Part shown: positions 49,926 through 59,742 of the stretch, piece by piece
Numbering within the stretch: position 1 is the stretch's first letter
Layout of the letters: each line of letters begins with the position of its first letter
NCBI RefSeq assembly: GCF_028292805.1
Contig: NZ_JAQGLS010000160.1
Span: 8,048 to 72,047, forward strand
Origin: Ramlibacter sp.
GTDB taxonomy: Bacteria; Pseudomonadota; Gammaproteobacteria; Burkholderiales; Burkholderiaceae_C
Length of the DNA: 64,000 nt
Direction of reading: 5' to 3'
The notes under the pieces: model-generated
Told to the model about the DNA's origin: nothing
The model's input: the letters and a program-made list of their open reading frames with translations, nothing else
Databases searched by the model: none
Position numbers and translations under genes: made by a program

Positions 49926-50690
49926 TCAGGCGGCCCGGATCTGCGCTCCGGCCGCCGCGGCGGCGATGCCGCGCACCACGTCGCCCACCACGATCACCGA
50001 GGGGCTGGCCAGCTGCTCGGCCTCGATGGTGGCGGCCAGCTTGGCCAGGCAGGTGACGGCATGGCGCTGGTCCGGCTGCGAGGCGCGCTGGATGATCGCC
50101 ACCGGCGTCTGCGGCGGCAGGCCGGCCAGCAGGTCGTGCTGGATCCGCGCCGCGCTGCTCACGCCCATGTAGATCACCAGCGTCAGGCGGGCCTCGCGCG
50201 CCATCGCCGCCAGGCTGCGCCAGTCCGGCGCAGCGTCGCCCTGTTGCGCGTGGCCGGTGAGGAAGACGACGCCTTGCGCGTGGTCGCGGTGGGTCAGCGG
50301 CACCCCCAGCGAGGTGGCGGCCGCCAGCCCGGAGGTGATGCCGTTGACGATCTCGACGTGGATGCCGGCGGCCCGCAGGTGCTCCATCTCCTCGCCGCCG
50401 CGGCCGAAGATGAACGGGTCGCCGCCCTTGAGGCGCACCACGTTTTCGCCTTCGCGCGCCGCCATCAGCATCAGCCGCTCGATGAAAGCCTGCGGCGTGC
50501 TCTTGCAGCCGCCGCGCTTGCCCACGTGGACGATGCGCGCGGCCGGCGATGCATGGCCCACCACCTCGTCGCTGACCAGGTCGTCGACCAGCAGCACGGT
50601 GGCGGCCTGGATCGCCTTGAGCGCTTTCAAGGTCAGCAGCTCCGGATCGCCCGGGCCGGCGCCCACCAGGGTGACTTTGCCTGTGTTCAT
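49926..50690 (-). CDS. cobA: Uroporphyrinogen-III C-methyltransferase
   Basis: LVGAGPGDPELLTLKA, RLKGGDPFIFGRGGEE. Confidence 0.95.
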   Translation of the reverse strand: MNTGKVTLVGAGPGDPELLTLKALKAIQAATVLLVDDLVSDEVVGHASPAARIVHVGKRGGCKSTPQAFIERLMLMAAREGENVVRLKGGDPFIFGRGGEEMEHLRAAGIHVEIVNGITSGLAAATSLGVPLTHRDHAQGVVFLTGHAQQGDAAPDWRSLAAMAREARLTLVIYMGVSSAARIQHDLLAGLPPQTPVAIIQRASQPDQRHAVTCLAKLAATIEAEQLASPSVIVVGDVVRGIAAAAAGAQIRAA

Positions 50691-51592
50691 GGGGCAGCCA
50701 GATGCAAGATGTGTTCCACCTGCAATGCCATGGAATCGGGGATCTGCTTGCGGCCTGCCAGCACGTCGCGAATGAACCCGGCAGTGGTTTCCACGTCAAC
50801 CTCCTTTGGCAAGTCGGGCAGGTCCGTCAAGGTGCCTTTGCGGCCTTCCTGCAGCAGCGTGCGCTGGCCGGCGATGAAGCCTTCCATCTGCGGCAGGCGG
50901 CGCGCATCGGCCACCACTTCGCCTTCGGTGCCGCGCAGCAGCAAGGCGGTGGCGCCGGTGAGCTCGAACACGGCGCCCATCGAGATCGCGTATTCGGGAT
51001 GCGTGTAGCTGCTGACGATCACGGCCGGGCCGCTGCAGGGGTTCATCAGCTTGACCAGGCTGTGCGCGCTGTTGCGCAGGCCGACCACGCGCCGCACGTC
51101 CAGCAGGCGCTTCAGGCCCGGCGACAGCACTTCGGTGGGCACGTAGGCGACCTGGCCGTCGCGCAGGGTGGGAGGCGCGGCTGCCGGCTGGACGTCCAGC
51201 GCCTGCAGCACGTCGCGCACGAACACGCGGCTGTTCTCGGTGGCGGTGCCGTGGATCAGAACCGGCGCACCGGCACGCGCCGCCAGCGCCGCCAGCAAAG
51301 GCGTGAGCACCGGCAGGCGGCGGGCGCCGTTGTAGCTTGGCAGCACGACCACGGGCTTGCCGCTGGCCGAGGAGACCTTGTTCAAGCGCGCGTGCGTTGC
51401 ATCCAGGAAGCCGGCCATCTCGTCGGCGGTCTCGCCCTTGATGCGCATGGCGATGCAAAAGGCGCCCACTTCGAGGTCGCTGACACCGCCATCGAGCAGC
51501 TGGCCGAACAGGTCGGCGGCCTGTTCACGCCCGAGCGGGCGCGCCCCCTGCTTGCCGCGGCCGATTTCCTTGATGTATTGACTGATGCCCAC
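50687..51592 (-). CDS. ybiB: YbiB/TrpD2-family DNA-binding protein
   Basis: YIKEIGRGK, PSYNGARR, GLRNSAH, LLRGTEGE. Confidence 0.9.
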   Translation of the reverse strand: MGISQYIKEIGRGKQGARPLGREQAADLFGQLLDGGVSDLEVGAFCIAMRIKGETADEMAGFLDATHARLNKVSSASGKPVVVLPSYNGARRLPVLTPLLAALAARAGAPVLIHGTATENSRVFVRDVLQALDVQPAAAPPTLRDGQVAYVPTEVLSPGLKRLLDVRRVVGLRNSAHSLVKLMNPCSGPAVIVSSYTHPEYAISMGAVFELTGATALLLRGTEGEVVADARRLPQMEGFIAGQRTLLQEGRKGTLTDLPDLPKEVDVETTAGFIRDVLAGRKQIPDSMALQVEHILHLAAP

Positions 51593-51615
51593 CGTCCGAT
51601 TGTCCCAGAGCCCTG

Positions 51616-51950
51616 ATGACTTGCGGTTATGAGCCGAATCATGCCGCCTGGCGCCAGCAGCTGGCCGCCACAGGCTTGCACCGGCAGGTCCTGCAGCAGC
51701 AAGTCCTTGATCCACGCTGGGGCGCTGGTGTCACCGGCCAGCAGCAGGCCTTGCAGCAGCATGTCGCCGCCGTCGCGCCGGATGCGGATGGTGCGACGCT
51801 GGCCGCGGCGCCGGTCGGCGTAGCGCCGGTCTCGCCGCCCGCCAGGCCCAGCAGTTCCTCCAGGCGCAGCACAGTTCGTCAGTCTCGCGCTGGTGCGCGC
51901 CAGCTGTTCCAGTGCGGCGATTGCGCGGGCCGCGCGGCCAGCAGGAGCGC
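51616..51950 (-). pseudogene. C-terminal remnant of assimilatory nitrate reductase catalytic subunit (NasA-like)
   Basis: LEELLGL / RYADRRRGQRRTIRIRRDGGDMLLQGLLLAGDTSAPAWIKDLLLQDLPVQ, frameshifted; no Mo-bis-PGD domain present. Confidence 0.7.
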
Positions 51951-52027
51951 GAGGCGGATTTCATTGCAGCCTGTGCCGCAGCAAGCGTGCCGCCGCGCGG
52001 GGATCTGGCGCCGGGTAGACTGCGGCC

Positions 52028-53062
52028 ATGGTGGTCCTGGGCATCGAATCCTCTTGCGACGAAACCGGCGTGGCGCTGGTGGAGGCGTCCGGCAGCGCCG
52101 TTCCCGCGCTGCTCGCGCACGCCCTGCACAGCCAGGTGGAGATGCACCAGGCCTACGGCGGCGTGGTGCCGGAGCTGGCCAGCCGCGACCACATCCGGCG
52201 CGTGCTGCCGTTGGCGCAGCAGGTGCTGGCCCAGGCCCGGCGCGGACTGGCCGAGGTCGACGTGGTGGCGTACACGCGCGGCCCGGGCCTGGCCGGCGCG
52301 CTGCTGGTGGGCGCGGGCGTGGCCTGCGCCCTCGGCGTCGCGCTGGGCAAGCCGGTGCTGGGCGTGCACCACCTGGAGGGCCACTTGCTGTCGCCGTTCC
52401 TCAGCCAGGACCCGCCGCAGTTTCCCTTCGTCGCACTGCTGGTCTCGGGCGGCCACACCCAGCTGATGCAGGTGGACCGCGTCGGCCACTACACGTTGCT
52501 GGGCGAAACCATCGACGATGCCGCCGGCGAGGCCTTCGACAAGTCGGCCAAGCTGCTCGGCCTGGGCTATCCGGGCGGGCCGGCGCTGTCGCGGCTGGCC
52601 GAGAGCGGCGACCCGGTCTCGTTCAGGCTGCCGCGCCCGCTGCTGCACAGCGGCGACCTGGATTTTTCTTTCGCGGGCCTGAAGACGGCCGTGATGACGC
52701 AGGCGAAGAAGCTGGGCGACCAGCTGGAGGCGCGCAAGGCGGATCTCGCCGCCGCCACCGAGGCGGCCATCGTCGACGTGCTGGTCAGGAAGTCGCTCAC
52801 GGCGCTGGAGCGCACCGGGCTGCAGCGCATCGTGGTGGCCGGCGGCGTCGGCGCCAACCGTCACTTGCGCGAGCAGCTGGATGCCGCGTGCGCCAAGCGC
52901 GGCGTGCGGGTGCATTATCCGGAGCTGTCGCTGTGCACCGACAACGGCGCCATGATCGCCATGGCCGCGGCCATGCGCATGCAGGCGGGCGTGCAGCAGG
53001 CCCGCGCCGACTACGCCTTCGACGTCAAGCCGCGCTGGCCGCTGGACGCGCTGGCGGCCTGA
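52028..53062 (+). CDS. tsaD: tRNA N6-adenosine threonylcarbamoyltransferase TsaD
   Basis: [36 protein letters not shown]. Confidence 0.97.
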   Translation: MVVLGIESSCDETGVALVEASGSAVPALLAHALHSQVEMHQAYGGVVPELASRDHIRRVLPLAQQVLAQARRGLAEVDVVAYTRGPGLAGALLVGAGVACALGVALGKPVLGVHHLEGHLLSPFLSQDPPQFPFVALLVSGGHTQLMQVDRVGHYTLLGETIDDAAGEAFDKSAKLLGLGYPGGPALSRLAESGDPVSFRLPRPLLHSGDLDFSFAGLKTAVMTQAKKLGDQLEARKADLAAATEAAIVDVLVRKSLTALERTGLQRIVVAGGVGANRHLREQLDAACAKRGVRVHYPELSLCTDNGAMIAMAAAMRMQAGVQQARADYAFDVKPRWPLDALAA

Positions 53063-53066
53063 GTTC

Positions 53067-53079
53067 GGGGGGGGGGGGG
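53067..53079. repeat. G13 homopolymer
   Basis: 13 consecutive G between the tsaD stop and ATG 53085. Confidence 0.9.
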
Positions 53080-53084
53080 CCGCG

Positions 53085-53719
53085 ATGGCCACCGAACCGG
53101 TATGCGCCTTTGCCGATGCCGCGGGCGCCTGGAGCCGGCGTTTTGGCGAACCCGGTTTCCGGTTCGGCACCGAGCCCAATGCCTGGCTGCGCGAGCATGC
53201 GCGGGCATGGCAGCCGGCGCAACGGTGCTGTGCGTGGCCGACGGCGAGGGCCGCAACAGCGTCTGGCTCGCCGCCCGCGGGCTGCAGGTGGACGCCTTCG
53301 ACATCTCCGAAGTCGGCGTCGCCAAGGCCCGCGTGTTCGCCGCCGAACAGGGCGTGGACGTGAACTACAGCGTGGCCGGCTGCGACGGCTTCGACTGGCC
53401 GCAGTCCGCGTGCGACGGCGTCGCCGCCATCTTCATCCAGTTCGCCGATCCGGCGCTGCGCGAGCGCATGTTCCAGCGGATGGCAGCCAGCCTGAAGCCG
53501 GGCGGCACCCTGGTATTGCAAGGCTACGGAGCCAAGCAGCTGGAGTGCCGCACCGGCGGGGCCGGGCATCGCCTCGCACCTGTACACGCCGCAGCTGCTG
53601 CGCGAGGCGCTCGCCGATCTGGAGATCGTGCAGCTGCGCGAGTACGAAGCAGAACTGGCCGAGGGAGCCGGCCACCGGGGCCGATCGCCCTGGTCGGTCT
53701 GGTGGCGCGGCGCACGTAG
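53085..53719 (+). pseudogene. Class I SAM methyltransferase with about three frameshifts
   Basis: WSRRF..PGFRFGTEPNAWL / VLCVADGEGRNSVWLA...LKPGG..VLQGY / SHLYTPQLLREAL...EGAGHRG / ALVGLVARR in different frames. Confidence 0.8.
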
Positions 53720-53720
53720 C

Positions 53721-53745
53721 AAAGCCCGCCGGCGGGCGGGCTTTT
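53721..53745. terminator. Bidirectional intrinsic terminator
   Basis: AAAGCCCGCC-ggcg-GGCGGGCTTTT between convergent genes. Confidence 0.8.
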
Positions 53746-53762
53746 CGTGCAGGCCAGGAGGT

Positions 53763-54137
53763 TTACTGGACCGCGATGGTGCGGGCGGTGACGACAGGCT
53801 TTTTCTTGGCCAGCGTCAGCGTCAGCACGCCGTTGTCGAGCTTGGCGCAGGTCGCGTCGGCGTCGATCTGTTCCGGCAGCTCGTAGGCTGCCTGGTACTG
53901 GCGCGGCGCTTCGGCCACGGTCTTGACGCGCACCACGGCGCCGTCGACGTCGATCGTGAGCTGCTCACGGGCGACACCGGGCACGTCCAGCGCGATGGTC
54001 CAGGTCTGCTCGTCCTGCCGCACCTTCACCGCCGCCGACGGCGCCAAGAAGGCATCGGTGAGGAAGCGCTCGAAGCTGCGGTCGACGCCGCGGGCGGGAG
54101 CCTGGGAACGGGTGCGGAGGGCGGGGGCGAAATACAT
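53763..54137 (-). CDS. Hsp20/alpha-crystallin small heat shock protein
   Basis: LDVPGV, AKLDNGVLTLTLAK; SD aggag. Confidence 0.92.
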   Translation of the reverse strand: MYFAPALRTRSQAPARGVDRSFERFLTDAFLAPSAAVKVRQDEQTWTIALDVPGVAREQLTIDVDGAVVRVKTVAEAPRQYQAAYELPEQIDADATCAKLDNGVLTLTLAKKKPVVTARTIAVQ

Positions 54138-54271
54138 GTTGAAACTCCTGTCTGTGATTGCGGTGCACGTGGCGGGATGGGCACTGCGCCGTCCCTTAAA
54201 CTGCGCGGCCCGGTTCAGCCGCATGGCACACATCTGCGCCCGCCGACCCCCATTTCAAGGAATTCCAAACA

Positions 54272-55540
54272 ATGATATTTCCCCGTCGCCGCCTCTTGAA
54301 ATCCCTCGCCGCGGCAGCATGTCTTCCCGCTTTCGCGGTGGCGCAGGCGCCGCTGCCGCCGGTCAGGCTTGCCATGATCGAGAGCATGTCCGGCCCGTTC
54401 GCCAACACCGGCGAGGCCGTCTTTCGCAACCTGCTGTGGGCCGTGGAACGGGTCAACGCGCGCGGCGGCGTCGCCACCGCGCAGGGCCGCCGGCTGCTGC
54501 ATCTCGATCGGTACGACAGCAAGGGCCAGAACGAGGAGGCGCTGTCGGCGCTGCGCGCGGCCATCGACAACGGCGCCCAGGTGGTGCTGCAGGGCAACTC
54601 GTCGGCCACGGCGGCGGCGCTGATCGACGCCATCGCGCGGCACAACGAACGCGATCCGTCCAAGGCGGTGCTGTTCCTGAACTACTCCGCGGTCGACCCG
54701 ATCCTGACCAACGAGAAGTGCAGCTTCTGGCACTTTCGCTTCGACGCCCATGCCGACATGCGCATGACGGCGCTGATGTCGGTGCTGCGCGAAGACCGCG
54801 GACTCAAGTCGGTCTACCTGTTCGGGCAGGACTACAGCTTTGGCCAGGCGGTGCTGCGCGAGGCGCGCCGCCAGCTGGGCGCGCAGCGGCCCGACGTGAA
54901 GATCGCCGGTGACGAGCTGCACTCGCTCGGGCGCATCAAGGACTTCGCGCCGTACGCCACCAAGATCCACATGAGCGGCGCCCAAGCGGTGATCACGGGC
55001 AACTGGGGCAACGACCTGACGCTGCTGGTCAAGGCCGCCCGCGACGTCGGCTTCGACGGCAAGTTCTACACCTTCTACGGCAATGCGCTGGGCGCGCCGG
55101 CCGCGATCGGCGACGCCGGCATCGGCCGCGTGGTGGCGGTGGCCGACTGGCTGCCGAACGTGCCGACGGCGCAGAGCGAGCAGTTCTACCGCGCCTTCCG
55201 CCAGCGCTTTCCCAAGCCCACCGAAGACTACGTTCACATGCGCATGCAGCTGATGGTCGAGGCGCTGGCCCAGGCCATCGAGAAGGCGGGCAGCAGCGAG
55301 CCGGTGCCGCTGGCGCGGGCGCTGGAGCAGGCCAGCGTCAGCCTGTCCGGCCAGTCCGGCCACATGCGCGCGGCCGACCACCAGTTCCAGCAATCGCTGA
55401 TGGTGGGTGTGATGGACCGCCAGGGCGCGCCGGGCGTCAAGTTCGACGTCGAAGGCTCGGGCTACGGCTTTCGCGTGGTGCGACAAGTGACGCCGGCGCA
55501 GGCGCAGATGCCGCATGCCTGCAAAATGGCGCGGCCCTGA
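54272..55540 (+). CDS. Branched-chain amino acid-type ABC substrate-binding protein (Tat-like signal)
   Basis: PRRRLLK signal; SMSGPFA..GE; VITGNWGNDL. Confidence 0.9.
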   Translation: MIFPRRRLLKSLAAAACLPAFAVAQAPLPPVRLAMIESMSGPFANTGEAVFRNLLWAVERVNARGGVATAQGRRLLHLDRYDSKGQNEEALSALRAAIDNGAQVVLQGNSSATAAALIDAIARHNERDPSKAVLFLNYSAVDPILTNEKCSFWHFRFDAHADMRMTALMSVLREDRGLKSVYLFGQDYSFGQAVLREARRQLGAQRPDVKIAGDELHSLGRIKDFAPYATKIHMSGAQAVITGNWGNDLTLLVKAARDVGFDGKFYTFYGNALGAPAAIGDAGIGRVVAVADWLPNVPTAQSEQFYRAFRQRFPKPTEDYVHMRMQLMVEALAQAIEKAGSSEPVPLARALEQASVSLSGQSGHMRAADHQFQQSLMVGVMDRQGAPGVKFDVEGSGYGFRVVRQVTPAQAQMPHACKMARP

Positions 55541-55554
55541 ACCGAAAGGACACC

Positions 55555-56712
55555 ATGCGCCAGGCCGTCATCGACCTCGAAGAATCCAAGATCCGCGAAG
55601 TGGCCAACGCCGGCATCGGCCGCCCCGATGTGCTGGCGTTCTGGTTCGGCGAGAGCGACGAGGCCACGCCGGACTTCATCCGGCAGGCCGCAATCGCCTC
55701 GCTGCAGGCCGGCGACACGTTCTACACCCACAACCTGGGGCTGCCGCAGCTGCGCGAAGCCATCGCCGGCTACACCCGCGGGCTGCATGGGACGCTGGGC
55801 GCCGAGCGCATTGCGGTCACTTCCGGCGGCGTCAACGCGCTGATGCTTGCGGTGCAGGCGCTGGTGGACGCCGGCGACGAGGTGGTGGCGGTGACGCCGG
55901 TGTGGCCCAACCTGACGGCGCAGGCGCTGATCATGGGCGCCAACCTCAAGCGCGTGTCGCTCCAGCCGGAGGCGGGCGCCTGGAAGCTGGACCTGCCGGC
56001 GCTGCTGGCGGCCATCACGCCAGCCACCAGACTGCTGATCGTCAACGCGCCCAACAACCCGACCGGCTGGACGCTCACCCGCGCCGAGCAGCAGGCCATC
56101 CTGGCCCATTGCCGCGGCACCGGCACCTGGATCCTGGCCGACGAGGTCTACGAACGCCTGTACTACGAGCCGAGCGCCAACGGCTGCGCGCCCAGCTTCC
56201 TCGACGTGGCGGCGCCGGACGACCGGCTGGTGGTGGCCCACAGTTTCTCCAAGAGCTTCCTGATGACGGGCTGGCGGCTGGGCTGGCTGGTGATGCCCGC
56301 CAGCATGACCCACCACATGGGCAAGCTGATCGAGTTCAATACCTCCTGCGCCAGCGTGTTCACGCAGAAGGCCGCGCTGGAGGCGGTCCGCCGCACCGGC
56401 GAAGTCACCCCGCGGGTGGTGGCCCATCTGAAGTCCTGCCGTGACATGCTGGTGCCGTTGCTGCAGGCGCTGCCGGGCGTGCAGCTGCGCCCGGCGCCCG
56501 GCGGGATGTACGCCTTCTTCAAGCTTGACGGTTACGACGACTCGCTGGCGCTGGCCAAGCGGCTGGTGGCCGAGGCCGGGATCGGGCTGGCGCCGGGCAA
56601 CGCCTTCGCCCCCGAAGCGCAAGGCTGGCTGCGCTGGTGCTTCGCTTCCAAGGATCCGGCGCGGCTGGGGCAGGGCGTGGAGCGGCTGGCCGGGTGGCTG
56701 GCGCGGCAATGA
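55555..56712 (+). CDS. PLP-dependent aminotransferase class I/II
   Basis: NAPNNPTG, ADEVY, SFSKSFLMTGWRLG. Confidence 0.93.
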   Translation: MRQAVIDLEESKIREVANAGIGRPDVLAFWFGESDEATPDFIRQAAIASLQAGDTFYTHNLGLPQLREAIAGYTRGLHGTLGAERIAVTSGGVNALMLAVQALVDAGDEVVAVTPVWPNLTAQALIMGANLKRVSLQPEAGAWKLDLPALLAAITPATRLLIVNAPNNPTGWTLTRAEQQAILAHCRGTGTWILADEVYERLYYEPSANGCAPSFLDVAAPDDRLVVAHSFSKSFLMTGWRLGWLVMPASMTHHMGKLIEFNTSCASVFTQKAALEAVRRTGEVTPRVVAHLKSCRDMLVPLLQALPGVQLRPAPGGMYAFFKLDGYDDSLALAKRLVAEAGIGLAPGNAFAPEAQGWLRWCFASKDPARLGQGVERLAGWLARQ

Positions 56713-56827
56713 AACCGTCGTTCCAGCGCAGTCGGGCACCAGGGCGCCGGCGAGCCATCGGATCCGTGCCGCCGCGGGGGGCAACGGGTTCCGGCTATAA
56801 TTCTCGGGCTTTGCTCCGCAGAGCGCA

Positions 56828-56854
56828 CGTTGGGCAGCAGTCCGCAGCCCAACG
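56828..56854 (+). promoter_or_regulatory. Hairpin in the rpsO leader, possible S15 autoregulatory element
   Basis: CGTTGGGC pairs with GCCCAACG 28 nt upstream of rpsO. Confidence 0.45.
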
Positions 56855-56881
56855 CAAGTCAAAAACTTCCCAAGGACATTC

Positions 56882-57145
56882 ATGACCCCCATTGCCAAGG
56901 CAGAGGTCGTCGCCGCCAATGCGCGCGCCGCCAACGATACCGGTAGCCCCGAAGTGCAGGTCGCATTGCTGACCGCCCGCATCAACGAGCTCGCCCCCCA
57001 CTTCAAGACCCACGCCAAGGACCACCACGGCCGCCGCGGCCTCCTGCGCATGGTGAACCGTCGCAAGAGCCTGCTCAAGTACCTCAAGGGCACGGACGCG
57101 AGCCGCTACGTCGCGCTGATCGGCAAGCTGGGCCTGCGCAAGTAA
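56882..57145 (+). CDS. rpsO: 30S ribosomal protein S15
   Basis: [17 protein letters not shown]...[12 protein letters not shown]. Confidence 0.98.
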   Translation: MTPIAKAEVVAANARAANDTGSPEVQVALLTARINELAPHFKTHAKDHHGRRGLLRMVNRRKSLLKYLKGTDASRYVALIGKLGLRK

Positions 57146-57161
57146 GCGCACAGCCCGAATG

Positions 57162-57200
57162 AACGCCTGAGACGGTTTTCGAACTGGCTCAGGCGTTTTT
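57162..57200 (+). terminator. rpsO terminator
   Basis: AACGCCTGAG...CTCAGGCGTT followed by T run. Confidence 0.8.
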
Positions 57201-57230
57201 CACTTCGGAGCACGGCAACGGATACGCGCT

Positions 57231-57329
57231 GTGTCATTCCCTCGGGGCTAGGGATCAGGGGCAAGAGGCCAGGGAACAGCCTTCGTGACTTTCCCTAACC
57301 CCTGATCCCTAGCCCCTAGGGAATGGCAT
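57231..57329 (+). promoter_or_regulatory. Long pnp leader stem-loop, putative RNase III site
   Basis: 57233-57242 pairs with 57318-57327; perfect 18-bp 57244-57261 with 57299-57316; inner 57271-57276 with 57291-57296. Confidence 0.7.
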
Positions 57330-57379
57330 CGTGTTCGGACCCAGACCTCCGCCAACACCAGAGAAAAAGAGGACACGAC

Positions 57380-59737
57380 ATGAGCATTTTCAACAAGGTC
57401 ACCAAGACGTTCCAGTGGGGTAGCAACACCGTCACCCTGGAAACCGGCGAAATCGCCCGCCAGGCCGGCGGCGCTGTCCTGGTCGACATCGACGGCACGG
57501 TGGTGCTCGCCACCGTCGTCGCATCCAAGACCGCCAAGCCGGGCCAGGACTTCTTCCCGCTGACCGTCGACTACATCGAGAAGACGTATGCCGCCGGCAA
57601 GATCCCCGGCAGCTTCTTCAAGCGCGAAGCCAAGCCCAGCGAGCACGAGACGCTGACCAGCCGCCTGATCGACCGCCCGATCCGCCCGCTGTTCCCGGAA
57701 GGCTTCCTCAATGAAGTGCACGTGGTGATCCACACCCTGTCGCTGAACCCCGAAGCCGACGCCGACATCGCCGCCATGATCGGCACCAGCGCCGCGCTGG
57801 CGATCTCCGGCATCCCCTTCGCCGGCCCGATCGGCGCCGCGCGCGTGGGCTACGTCAACGGCGAATACGTCCTGAACCCGGGCCAGACCCAGCGCAAGGA
57901 ATCGCAGCTCGACCTGATCGTCGCGGGCACCGAAGCTGCCGTGCTGATGGTCGAATCGGAAGCGCAGCAGCTGTCCGAGGAAATCATGCTGGGCGCCGTG
58001 GTGTTCGGCCACGAGCAGGGCAACATCGCCATCAACGCCATCCATGAACTGGTCCGCGATGCCGGCAAGCCGGTCTGGGACTGGCAGGCGCCCGCCAAAA
58101 ACGAAGCCTTCATCGGCAAGGTCACGGCGATCGCCGAAGAGAAGTACCGCGCGGCCTACCAGATCCGCAGCAAGCAGGCCCGCACCCAGGCGCTGCGTGA
58201 AGCGCAGTCCGGCGTGATGGCCGCCCTTGCCGCCAGCGGCGAGGCGTTCGAGGCCGGCAAGGTCAACGACCTGCTGTTCGAGATCGAAGCGAAGATCGTG
58301 CGCCAGCAGATCCTGTCGGGCGAGCCCCGCATCGACGGCCGCGACACCCGCACCGTGCGCCCGATCGAGATCCGCACCGCGGTGCTGCCGCGCACCCACG
58401 GTTCGGCCCTGTTCACCCGCGGCGAAACGCAGGCCCTGGTCGTCACGACGCTGGGCACCGAGCGCGACGCGCAGCGCATCGACGCGCTGATGGGCGAGTA
58501 CGAAGACCGCTTCATGTTCCACTACAACATGCCTCCCTTCGCCACCGGCGAGACCGGCCGCATGGGCTCCACCAAGCGCCGCGAGATCGGCCACGGCCGC
58601 CTGGCCAAGCGCGCGCTGATCGCCGTGCTGCCCAGCAAGGAAGAGTTCCCCTACACGATGCGGGTGGTCTCGGAAATCACCGAGTCCAACGGCTCCTCGT
58701 CGATGGCGTCGGTGTGCGGCGGCTGCCTGTCGCTGATGGACGCCGGCGTGCCGATGAAGGCCCACGTGGCCGGCATCGCCATGGGCCTGATCAAGGAAGG
58801 CAACCGCTTCGCGGTGCTGACCGACATCCTGGGTGACGAAGATCACCTGGGCGACATGGACTTCAAGGTGGCCGGCACCGTCAATGGCATCTCGGCGCTG
58901 CAGATGGACATCAAGATCCAGGGCATCACCAAGGAGATCATGCAGGTCGCGCTGGCGCAGGCCAAGGAAGCGCGCATGCACATCCTGGGCAAGATGCAGG
59001 AAGCGATGGGCGTGGCCAACACCGAGGTCTCCAGCTTCGCGCCCAAGCTCTACACGATGAAGATCAACCCCGAGAAGATCCGCGACGTGATCGGCAAGGG
59101 CGGCGCCGTGATCCGCGCGCTGACCGAGGAAACCGGCTGCCAGATCAACATCGAGGAAGACGGCACCATCACCATCGCCGCGACCGACGCCGAGAAGGCC
59201 GAAGTGGCCAAGAAGCGCATCGAGCAGATCACCGCCGAAGTCGAAATCGGCAAGATCTACGAAGGCCCGATCACCAAGATTTTGGACTTCGGCGCCCTGG
59301 TCAACCTGCTGCCCGGCAAGGACGGCCTGCTGCACATCAGCCAGATCGCGCACGAGCGCGTCGAGAAGGTCACCGACTACCTGTCGGAAGGCCAGATCGT
59401 CAAGGTCAAGGTGCTCGAGACCGACGAGAAGGGCCGCGTCAAGCTGTCCATGAAGGCGCTGCTGGACCGTCCGGAAGGCTTCCAGCAAGACTCCGGCGAC
59501 GGCTACCGTGGTGGTGATCGTGGCGACCGCAGCCCGCGTGGCGATCGCGGCGACCGTGGTGACCGCGGCCCACGAGGCGGCGGCGACCGTGGCGAGCCCC
59601 GAGGCGACCGTGGCGGCGAGCCGCGCCAGGACCGTCCGGCGGAGCAGCGCCAGGACCGCCCCATGGAACAGCGCACCGATGGCGGTGGCGAGCAGCGCAA
59701 CGAGCGCGGCAATGAGCCCGGCGGCCAGCAGGGCTGA
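57380..59737 (+). CDS. pnp: Polyribonucleotide nucleotidyltransferase with R/G/D-rich C-terminal tail
   Basis: [36 protein letters not shown] and S1 domains. Confidence 0.98.
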   Translation: MSIFNKVTKTFQWGSNTVTLETGEIARQAGGAVLVDIDGTVVLATVVASKTAKPGQDFFPLTVDYIEKTYAAGKIPGSFFKREAKPSEHETLTSRLIDRPIRPLFPEGFLNEVHVVIHTLSLNPEADADIAAMIGTSAALAISGIPFAGPIGAARVGYVNGEYVLNPGQTQRKESQLDLIVAGTEAAVLMVESEAQQLSEEIMLGAVVFGHEQGNIAINAIHELVRDAGKPVWDWQAPAKNEAFIGKVTAIAEEKYRAAYQIRSKQARTQALREAQSGVMAALAASGEAFEAGKVNDLLFEIEAKIVRQQILSGEPRIDGRDTRTVRPIEIRTAVLPRTHGSALFTRGETQALVVTTLGTERDAQRIDALMGEYEDRFMFHYNMPPFATGETGRMGSTKRREIGHGRLAKRALIAVLPSKEEFPYTMRVVSEITESNGSSSMASVCGGCLSLMDAGVPMKAHVAGIAMGLIKEGNRFAVLTDILGDEDHLGDMDFKVAGTVNGISALQMDIKIQGITKEIMQVALAQAKEARMHILGKMQEAMGVANTEVSSFAPKLYTMKINPEKIRDVIGKGGAVIRALTEETGCQINIEEDGTITIAATDAEKAEVAKKRIEQITAEVEIGKIYEGPITKILDFGALVNLLPGKDGLLHISQIAHERVEKVTDYLSEGQIVKVKVLETDEKGRVKLSMKALLDRPEGFQQDSGDGYRGGDRGDRSPRGDRGDRGDRGPRGGGDRGEPRGDRGGEPRQDRPAEQRQDRPMEQRTDGGGEQRNERGNEPGGQQG

Positions 59738-59742
59738 GCGCC

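Noticed and set aside
59500-59700. Tandem repeats in the pnp 3' end as a CRISPR-like array
   Set aside because: In-frame, imperfect coding repeats without spacers; no cas genes
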